This document shows positions 23,446-35,785 of a DNA stretch of 49,023 bases, piece after piece. Both the position numbers and the translations under genes were made by a program. Within the stretch, counting starts at the first letter, position 1; each line of letters begins with the position of its first letter. Source of the stretch: Spirogloea muscicola (Eukaryota); the NCBI GenBank assembly GCA_009602725.1, contig WELB01000019.1, positions 383,982 through 433,004 of the forward strand. Direction: 5' to 3'. The notes beneath the pieces are model-generated. The model was not told where the DNA came from. It ran no database searches and saw only the letters and a program-made list of their open reading frames with translations.

Positions 23446-25841
23446 CTACTTGACAATAGCAAGCTTGGCCATGTGCTCCTTGCTCGGATACCGGACCTTG
23501 GTGGCAAGTCCCACGGCTTCCAGCACCTTGACACAATACCATGTGGGGTCAAGCTGCCACCAATCGAGGCCGTGGCGTGCTGAGTACTCAAAGGCGTGAT
23601 GGTTGTTGTGCCAGCCCTCGCCGAAGGCCAGCAGCGCCACCCACCTGCGACAGATCAATCCCAACATTACTGCTGATTGAGGAAGTCAGGGCAATCCTCG
23701 AGCAATCTGTGCATGTCGGATTGAGAAATGTGTCCTGGCACTTGTAGCTGCCAGGACATCATGGCAGCAGTACATGTGATGCTTGCCACCAAGCAGCGAA
23801 GACTACATGCTCCAGCTCCTCAAGGACAGTACAAAGCCAAATACTGTTTAGGAGTCAGGATCAGGTCTGATTTGGTTGAGAGGGTCTGCAGTCTCAGGAA
23901 AGCCAGCAGCCTTTGTTGAGCACAAGTAACCCATAAGACTGCAGTTATTCATGCAGGAAGTTTATGCTACTGTTGTGCAAAAGGCTCACCAATTATTTCT
24001 GGAGATGTCCCCCGTGTTCCACGACTGGTAGCCCCACACATGGCAGGCCGAGTTGACTGCCCATGTTATGTGGTACACCCAAACGGTCCTCAGAGCCTGC
24101 AGCAGGCCACCATGCTTCTAAGATGACTCGAGTTTCTGGATGTGTTTGTGGGAAGCTAATACAAAGACGATAGAAGGCAGCCAGCTGCAGACTGCTCTAT
24201 GACATGGTTGCAGATCCTACGGAAGGCTGAGTTGTCCATAAGAATGACTTACAGCTGTGCCAAGTCAACCCAACACAATGTAGCAACCTGTATAAGAGCA
24301 GTAGCACTCAATGGCAGACAATAACAATGTGCTCACCAAGCCCCAGACGAGGAAGGGGAGGCCTCCCAGAGCGTACAAGATAATGCCAGACCCGATAATG
24401 TGATACATGTAAGTCTTCTCGACGAATCGGTAGAAGGGGTCCTTTGCCATGTCCGAGATGTTGCCGCGACTACCAACCTGCAAGAGGTAGGGGAATGGAT
24501 GGAAAAGCCCGACTCAAAGCTCATGTCAGACTTGGAGATATCACATTGAGTGTCCTTTCTGACCATGGCCCACCAGACTAGTGAAGTTGGCGAGCAGCAC
24601 CCGAGAAGGTCATGCATGCTTGAAGGCTTGTCTGCGCCTGCTCCAGCTATGTGACAGACTATTGCTGCTGATGGACGATCACCAGAGCAAGGACTGTTTC
24701 TCAATCAAGCTGGCCCGATTAGGCCACGGGGAGTGCTTGTGACCTACGCGGGCCTGCGTGGCCTCGTCATCGAGGAGCCAGCCCATGTGGGAGTGCCAGA
24801 GGCCCTCATATGGCGTGTGCGGGTCCTTGGGCGTGTCGCAGTGCTGGTGGTGGTAGCGGTGCGAGCTCACCCACTCGAGCGGGTCGCCCTGAGCCACGTC
24901 GTCACGCAAGCCTTTGCAGTGTGTCAGTCTCTCAAATGTAAATTGCGCACTCTTCTAGTGATGAGCATTGCCATGGCATTGTTGAAGCAACATACCAAGA
25001 TACAAGAGCACTTGGACCAAGAGACAGCAGTGCCCAACACTTTGCGTGACGTCACGGAGTTAGCCACCGGACCTGCGGTCCGACGAGAGGGCAGTCACCT
25101 GCACGGCGAGCACCCCGCAGTAGGCCAGGGCGTACTCGAGCCACTTGGGAACTTGGAAAGAGCGGTGCGAGAGGTTGCGGTGGAAGGAGAGCGTGATGCC
25201 CAGCATGCCTGCGGCCACACCACAGCGGCCCCCAAGCACGGAAGCTCAGCGGGGCTGGCACCGGATGCCGCTGCTGAAGCGGCAGCATTGGTGCCAGTGT
25301 GATCGTGGCCGCCATCAGCGAGCTCGGAAAGCAGGTGGGAGGTGGCAAATGCAGCAGTAACGAGAACCACAGAATTGAACCCATGACCTTCAATGTAGAG
25401 GTCTGTTGCTCTTTCTATTTGAGCTAAGAATGCAATTTAAGAATCGCCATACAGTTAACAATGCGAAGATATCGAGAATAGTGACTGCACAAATGGGCAG
25501 AGCAAGTGAGAAAATGAGCACCGGTGATGACATAGAGGACGGCGAAGGAGGCAACGGCAGGCCAGGAGAAGGTGGCGGGCGCGGCGAGCGCGGCACCGTG
25601 CATGGCCAGCATGAAGGCCAGGTACGTGACGTCCTTGCGCGTCCAGGTGCGGCGGAGGAAGTAGGGGCGCCGCCGCGCCACCGCGACGTCCGAACGCCAG
25701 ATCCGACCACCCTCCACCGCCGCCGGCGGCCGCTCGCCGCCGCTGCCGCCGCAGCCTCCGCCGTTGCCGCCGGCGGCGCCNAGCCGGCGCCACGGCGGCA
25801 GCGGCGGCGGCTGCGGCTGTGGCTGCCATGGCGGCGGCCAT
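23446..25841 (-). CDS. Delta-9 acyl-lipid desaturase (ADS/FAD5-like, probably plastid-targeted)
   Basis: His boxes GITLSFHRNLSH, WVSSHRYHHQHCDTPKDPH and GEGWHNNHHAFEYSARHG. Ala-rich transit-like N-terminus. A single n at 25781 breaks the frame in exon 1. Confidence 0.92.
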
Positions 25842-26662
25842 GGCGACGGCGGCGGCGGCGGGAAACGAGGGCCCGCCTGCAGCAGGGACAATGGCGTGTA
25901 GGGACCCCGGGCCCCAGATCCGACAGTTGGGTGTCCCGGCCCCCTGTCCTGTTTCTGGGAAGGGCCCGCCGGGCACGTGGGAAGGGAGGCTTCTCCGTTG
26001 GGGAACGGGGATGGTAAGCCAATGGTATCATTGTCGGGGAGGGAGGAGCGATCGCGAGGGGAGAGGAAGAGCGCCGGGCGGGGAGGGGGGGCGGGCCAGC
26101 CGCCCCCCGGTGCTCGTGCCCGCGGCGCGGCCGCCCGATGATCCACATCGGACGGCGCCGGAGAGCCGGGTGCCACGTCATCACTCCCCTGGAACCACCG
26201 GGGTTATCCCACCTCGCCCGGCAGTTATCCGACCGCCCGGCCAGCCGCACCCGTGATTGGAGTAGCCCCTCCTACCGCGGCTTAACCAGGATGGGTCCAA
26301 GCGGGCTAACCGTGGTATCCTCGGCCGTGGCCAGATCGGGGCCCCCCATCGGCCCTCGGAGCCGCCATTGGCTGCCGCGGCAACCGTCGGGTCCAGACGT
26401 ATCCCGCCGCCCGTGGTTGACCGTCCGATGAGGTGTGAGCATCCGACGGCCTCATGCAAGTCAGCCATCTGGGCCCGAGACGATCGGGCTAGCTGTCGTC
26501 TTCCCAGCATGCTCTATCCGCTTTTGACCCGCGGTTACTGAGCGGGTCATTCTGCTGTAGGTTATATAGGTCTTGGATGTGCTTGCCTGTGTACTTGGCC
26601 ATTTGGCCTTCGTTTGTTTCAAATGCACGAATACATTCCTTTTATTCTCAATAATCCGCTTC

Positions 26663-26724
26663 AAGAAGAAAGGGCTCGTTCATTGAGGATAGGGGCTGGA
26701 AAAGCCAGCCCAAAGTAGAATGAA
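26663..26724 (-). mobile_element. 62-bp truncated copy of the short repeat family, flanked by 7-bp TSD CCGCTTC
   Basis: Reverse complement of 32269-32325. CCGCTTC occurs at 26656-26662 and 26725-26731. Confidence 0.8.
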
Positions 26725-27436
26725 CCGCTTCCGGCTCCTTCGACCCTTGTTCAGTTCTTTCCGGGCTGCTCAACAGGGGTTGTCTCCACAGTAACCACTT
26801 GCTTAATACATCGTATCCTCCACTGCTGCTAAGCATGTAAGGCTTCTGATACTATTCCTGCAGCGCTGCCTGTAAAGTGAACAAGGCCGAGATCATGCAG
26901 TAATCGCGTGAATCTGGCGCTATTGCAACTGGTGGCGGCTTGCATGATGCATGCAAGGCAAGCTACTGCCCAATCCTCTGAGTGCGAGGTCAACGTCAGG
27001 TGGTCACTGAATGGACGAGCTGCGACCTTAGAGTACTGGTGCTTCGAATGCTTGATCAAGTGGAATGGAGAAGAAAGGGACACGTTGTTGTTATGATGCC
27101 AAGACACGTTAGGCACAGCCTTGGTCTAGAGTGGCAGCTGGCAGCTGCTCAAAATCACGAGCTTATCTTCAGATATTGATCTGAGGAGAGCTGTTGTACA
27201 CGACATTCCTTGTCCACTTTCTCGACATGAAGAGTGTAACATCAGGAGAGCATATAGCAGACGCCATTGCCAGTGTCTCTGAGGTGAGAGCTTGTGGGAA
27301 ACTGAAGGTATCACCGAGGTTGATGGCACAGACTGATGATGCAAGAAAGAGGCAGAAGGACAATGTAGAGGTACCCCTCCGCCTCAGATTCTTCAGCACG
27401 CAAGGACCCAAGTAAAGGCGTGAAACGACCAGAACA

Positions 27437-30643
<3,207 letters not shown>

Positions 30644-30895
30644 NNNNNNNNNNNNNNNNNNNNNNNNNNNNNNNNNNNNNNNNNNNNNNNNNNNNNNNNN
30701 NNNNNNNNNNNNNNNNNNNNNNNNNNNNNNNNNNNNNNNNNNNNNNNNNNNNNNNNNNNNNNNNNNNNNNNNNNNNNNNNNNNNNNNNNNNNNNNNNNNC
30801 GCCGCCGCCGCCTCCGCCGCCGCCGTACTACACGCCGCCGACGCGGCGGCGGCAAAGGCGGCGAGAGTGGCGGCGGCGGCGGCGGCGGCGCGGCC

Positions 30896-30903
30896 AAACC
30901 CTA
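30896..30903. promoter_or_regulatory. Telo-box (AAACCCTA) upstream of the RH35 gene
   Basis: Exact motif adjacent to the (GCC)/(GGC) leader. Confidence 0.55.
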
Positions 30904-31091
30904 GGCTGTGCGGTCGTCGTTGGCGCTGGACGTTAGATGAGACGCACCATGTAGTGGGAACGCTCGCATGGAGTGCCGTCTGGCTCCCAGTTAGCGATGG
31001 CAGCGGCGCCTCTCGGCACTCGTGCCGTTCGAAAGTGGCCCGCGAATGTGGCGCCGCCGTCAGGCGGCAACTCCTCCTCTTGGACTCTGCC

Positions 31092-31872
31092 TGAGAGAAG
31101 GCGCGCGGTGCGCATGAAATTGAAAGGGAGGCCAACTAGCCTTACAAATGTCCTGTTAACTGGGTAATGAGCTGGCTAAGGGGGACGCTAATATCCCCGA
31201 GTAAGCACATGCATATCTGACAAGCTATACTGAGGAGCCGAACCACCTCCACGGAACCCATTAGCCAGGAGCCCAGCATCTCTGATCTGCGGCTGCTTAG
31301 CAGGGGTTACTGAGTGTCTCGTAGCAGCTTTGTTTCTGTTACTTAGCGCTTCCCCTGGCCCCCTTCTCGTACTCTGTTCATTCTTTTTCGGGCTGGTTGT
31401 TCCAGCCCCTATTCTCAATGGGCGAGCACTTTCTTCATTAGCCTGGGCTAATGCACGACCAGCACGCTGGTGAATCGCGAGAGCTTGGGAGCGCTGCAGA
31501 CTCAATGATAGCCTCATCCTATAACATGCAACGATGGCTTGCGGGACGCTAGAATGGCCTAAGCTACCCGCCCGACTACGTCGGCGGGCATCAACATGCA
31601 GTGCCAGGCGATGGAGGAGGGCAGACCACTTCGTTCCATAGCCGCCGTAGATGGCCATGGCGCATGGGAAGAAGTGGTCGCCCCGGGGGTGGTCGTTATA
31701 GTGTCTCTCCTTCTTCCTCCCCGCATGATGCGTCGCCCAACCTGGCACAGTCGGTGTGGGTGCCCCTGGTTGGAAGGCGTCGATGAGGACGACGTCGAGG
31801 AGAATGCCTGAACAATGTACTGGCTTGAATTGGCCTCCCTTTCATTCCGTGCGCCCCTCGCGCCTTCTCTCT
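31092..31872 (-). mobile_element. 5'-truncated REL-endonuclease (CRE-like) non-LTR retrotransposon remnant, interrupted by an insertion and bounded by ~50-bp inverted repeats
   Basis: The minus strand encodes ILLDVVLID..GWATHHAGRKKERHY..HFFPCAMAIYGGYG..RLSLSLQRSQALAIHQRAG, the D...KxxxY...FxP...G...LQR pattern of REL C-termini. The frame resumes (GFRGGG) after removing 31267-31443. Confidence 0.72.
31267..31435 (+). mobile_element. 169-bp copy of the short repeat family nested in the REL remnant, 8-bp TSD CATTAGCC
   Basis: CATTAGCC occurs at 31259-31266 and 31436-31443. The insert is homologous to 32146-32325. The paralog at ~19309 shows the empty site. Confidence 0.85.
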
Positions 31873-31985
31873 CGCTGCGGCGTCCGGCTTTCGCCAGGGG
31901 AATAGTTTTCAGGCAGCTAGTCTGTCGGATTTGAGGCTACTCACTCGTAACTACTGAGTGGTCCATCCTCCCCGTTCTGACACAG

Positions 31986-33113
31986 CTTCTTCAGGCCCCT
32001 TCATAGCTGCTAAGCGTTTCTGGCATCCCATCCAATCGCATCATCAGGCCCCTTTGTCCCCAGCGGTCGATGGCCCGTGCGCTGCACCTTCGTGCCGGCC
32101 GGGCTCTTGCTGCTGCCTCTGGCTCTGGCCAGAGGACTCACTTTCAGGACCCTAGCCTCTCTGATTTGCGGCTGCTTAGCAGGGGTTACTGAGTGATTTG
32201 CAGCTGCTTTCTTTCTTTGTGTGCTTTCTTTTCTTAGCGCTTCCTCTGGCCCCCCTTCTCGTACTTTGTTCATTCTTTTTTGGGCTGGCTTTTCCAGCCC
32301 CTATCCTCAATGGGCGAGCCCTTCTCTTTGTAGCTGCTCACCGCTCTTAGGTCCCTGCGAACCTTTGTCATTCTTTTGGGCTGGCTTTTCGCAGCCCTTG
32401 CCCCCATTGGGAGTACCACTTCTTCTTGCCCCCATTGGGAGTACCACTTCTTCTGGCCCCTCCGAGTTTCGAGCTATTCTACAAATTACTCAGTAACCCC
32501 TGCTAAGCAGCCGCAAATCAGAGAGGTCCTGGAAGTGGGTCCCCTGGACAGAGCCAGAGGCAGCAGCGAGGGCTCTCCCGGCACGAAGGTGCAGCCCTCG
32601 CTGCTGCCTCTGGCTCTGTCCAGGGGACCCACTTCCAGGACCCTAGCCTCTCTGATTTGCGGCTGCTTAGCAGGGGTTACTGAGTAATTTGTAGCTGCTT
32701 TCTTTCTTTGTGTGCTTTGGTTTCTTAGCGCTTCCTCTGGCTTCCTCTGGCCCCCTTCTCGTTCTTTGTTCATTCTTTTTTGGGCTGGCTTGTCCAGCCC
32801 CTATCCTCAATGGGCGAGCCCTTTCTTATTCTGACCTGCTGTTGCTCACTCGTGGGTATTGAGCTTCCCTACTGTGATGTTGTGTTTGGTAGAAGAAGTG
32901 GTACTCCCAATGGGGGCATGGGTTTAGGGTTTCGGTGTTTGGTAGAGAAGTCCTTCTTTGGCATCTCTATCCCATTGCATCCTCAGGCCCCTTTGTTATG
33001 GGCGAGCCCTTTCTTTGTAGCTGCTCAACGCTCTTAGGCCCCTTCGAACCTTTGTCAATTCTTTTGGGCTGGCTTTTCGCAGCCCTTGCCCCCATTGGGA
33101 GTACCACTTCTTC
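31986..33113. mobile_element. Cluster of direct, inverted and nested copies of a short non-coding repeat family, running into gap 33114-33668
   Basis: Long copy ~32001-32453, fold-back copy 32481-32826, mini copy 32894-32934 and a further copy ~32957-33113. All share GGGCTGGCTTTTC/CAGCCC cores or the terminal motif and TTC-rich ends. Confidence 0.8.
32479..32694. repeat. Long inverted repeat (~95-bp arms, ~18-nt loop)
   Basis: 32479-32574 is the reverse complement of 32593-32694 apart from a 6-nt indel (CCCTAG). Confidence 0.92.
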
Positions 33114-34019
33114 NNNNNNNNNNNNNNNNNNNNNNNNNNNNNNNNNNNNNNNNNNNNNNNNNNNNNNNNNNNNNNNNNNNNNNNNNNNNNNNNNNNNNNN
33201 NNNNNNNNNNNNNNNNNNNNNNNNNNNNNNNNNNNNNNNNNNNNNNNNNNNNNNNNNNNNNNNNNNNNNNNNNNNNNNNNNNNNNNNNNNNNNNNNNNNN
33301 NNNNNNNNNNNNNNNNNNNNNNNNNNNNNNNNNNNNNNNNNNNNNNNNNNNNNNNNNNNNNNNNNNNNNNNNNNNNNNNNNNNNNNNNNNNNNNNNNNNN
33401 NNNNNNNNNNNNNNNNNNNNNNNNNNNNNNNNNNNNNNNNNNNNNNNNNNNNNNNNNNNNNNNNNNNNNNNNNNNNNNNNNNNNNNNNNNNNNNNNNNNN
33501 NNNNNNNNNNNNNNNNNNNNNNNNNNNNNNNNNNNNNNNNNNNNNNNNNNNNNNNNNNNNNNNNNNNNNNNNNNNNNNNNNNNNNNNNNNNNNNNNNNNN
33601 NNNNNNNNNNNNNNNNNNNNNNNNNNNNNNNNNNNNNNNNNNNNNNNNNNNNNNNNNNNNNNNNNNNNGGCAGGGGGCGCCATCAGCCGGGCGTGGCAGA
33701 GCGAGCGGCGCAGGCAAGGGGGGCGAGGGAGGCCGGAGGCCGGAGGCGGGGCCAGAGGCGGGGCCCCGCCCATCCTGCCCGAGGCGCGCACCGGGAGCCG
33801 CGCGGGCAGCGGCGCGAGAGCCGCGGCGGCGGTCGCGGCGGCGGCGCGGAGCAAGGGCAAGGTTGGCCTCATGGCGGGGCGGGGGGGGGGGGGGGACCTC
33901 GTGACTGGAGAGGGCCTGCTTCTGAACGAGGCCACACCGAGAACACCAACACGGAGACGGTGCGCACGAGTCGAAACGGAGGCCGCGCCGAGCCAACACC
34001 CGGCCTCCCACCCGACTGT

Positions 34020-34680
34020 TCGATCGGAGTGTGGCTCTCGTGCAGCGGGTGGCGAGCTCGCTGCTCACATGCTGCAGTGCTCCGTTGAACCGGAAGTGGT
34101 GGGGCGTTCACAACCTCCTCCGCGATGCTATGGCGGGTTTGGCGCCGTTTGGAGCTGGTTACAGTGTGGTCGTGGAAGTGAGAAACATCACCCCAATCAC
34201 CACAGGATGCCAATGCCCATACCCGGACGTCATCATCGCCGCATCCTAGACACTGTGGGCGTGCAACCTGGCGGAGGACCACGGGCCTTGGTTGATGTCG
34301 TTCGTCATTACGGAGGCATACAAGGGTCCAGCTTCGACTGACATCGCTGGCCACGCAGTGGGCAGTGCAGCTTATGGAGAGCTGCAGCACTACATCAATT
34401 GCCCCCACTGAGATCAGCTCCTGCCAGCCGCAGTCGAGATCTTTGGCTGTATCGGTCCTCGATCCGGTGCGCTCCTCGAGAAATTTGCCAAAGTAGACTA
34501 AGCACGATGTGCAGATGTGCTTCCGGCCGAGATGGGCTTGTCGTTCTTGCGCCGCTATGTGTCGGCCTGTTTGCAGCTTGCTCAGGCTCATGCTTTGCAC
34601 CAGAAAGCCGGGCAAGCTCTAGTTGGTGGCAGCAGGCCTTGGAGTTTGCCATGCGGTATGGCGTCGGTTGGCGACCTCTG
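34020..34680 (+). pseudogene. Degenerate REL-type non-LTR retrotransposon C-terminus (zinc knuckle plus endonuclease)
   Basis: Across frameshifts and stops: CGS..AHMLQC..HNLLRDAMAGLA..PYPDVII..ALVDV..GHAVGSAAYGELQHY..DQLLPAAVEIFGCIGP..RRYVSACLQLAQAHALHQKAG. Homologous to the peptide at 31.4-31.8 kb. Confidence 0.72.
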
Positions 34681-35654
34681 TTTTGCTGACCAGTGGTTAT
34701 TGAGCAGGTCAATCTGCAGTGGGTAATGTATCAGGTGTGCTTGCCGCTATACGTGGCCACTTTGGCATTCAATGTCTTCAGTACACGCTCCTCAAACAAG
34801 AGGGGCAAAGGAGGTGCTGGGGCCATCATCAGAGGGAAGCCCCCGGCTAAGGGGGGCCAGTGAGCCGGGACAAGAGCAAGGCTGGAGAGGGGGTTGGTAC
34901 TTCCACAAAGCATATTCAACTCGGACAGGCCAACTTGGGTGGCCGGAGCACTCCCCCCGGAAACGTTAGCCCGGCTTAGCGCTTGGCGCTCTAATGAAGG
35001 GCCACGGCTTGCAAGGGCTGCAGGCTGAGCGAGAGCAGTGAACTGTGACATGCCATGAAAGCCTCCGGAGCCTCAAGCTGCCCCCCGAACTACGGCAGCG
35101 CAAATTGACATACTGAGCCAGACGCTAGAGGAGGGAGGAGCACCGTGGCCACCATGCATGTCCATGCTTAATGAATGGAAGGAGTCTCCCCTGAAGGAGG
35201 AGCACTTCCAGGAAAAATACGGGTTGATGGCTGTCGGAGGCCAACTTGGACCCCAGACCCTGCGCAACCCCCCCCCCCCCGGCCCTCCCCCGGCGGGACC
35301 CATGCCTGTCCCCAGGCAACTCAAACCCCACGGCGCAGTTGCCACTGGCCTCGCCAGGCTGCTGTGGGCTCCTCTCACAGCCTGTGGCCACATCCCTGGC
35401 TTGCAGCCGCCCCTTGTCAGAGCGACTGATTGTGCAGCTGCAGCCCATTGCTCCGAGTCACGGCTCTTGCCTCGCAGCTTGCCGCCTTTGTAGCACGCCT
35501 CACGCTCCCCCATGGTCCTGAGCGCCCGCATGGTTTCACGCCCCACTGCAAAGCACCGGGTCTCCATAGACCACCAGCAAGCGGCCCCCTTGCCGCGCCT
35601 GGCATCTAGCCGCTGCCTATTTGCAGCAAGGCGCAGCAGCATGCGACTGTCCAG

Positions 35655-35728
35655 AATGGACACCTGCACCTGCCCTCCTCACAGGGCTCCAAATGGACAC
35701 CTGCACCTGCCCACCTCACCGGGCTGCC
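35655..35728. repeat. ~37-bp tandem duplication downstream of the TPP stop
   Basis: AATGGACACCTGCACCTGCCC occurs at 35655 and 35692, each followed by CCTCAC-GGGCT. Confidence 0.75.
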
Positions 35729-35785
35729 CACAAATTTGCCAGCAGCAGTGTGCATCTAACATCACAGCTGCTGACTTAATAGTGC

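Noticed and set aside
32479..32694. miRNA precursor or MITE interpretation of the hairpin
   Set aside because: The arms are internal pieces of a dispersed repeat, and the TSD encloses a longer asymmetric unit.
32398..33113. CRISPR-like reading of the repeated 28-mers
   Set aside because: There are no regular unique spacers or cas genes, and the context is eukaryotic.
32935..34341. Long ORFs of 270-480 aa here, at 30142-31135 and at 38677-40116
   Set aside because: They are artefacts of translating through N gaps.
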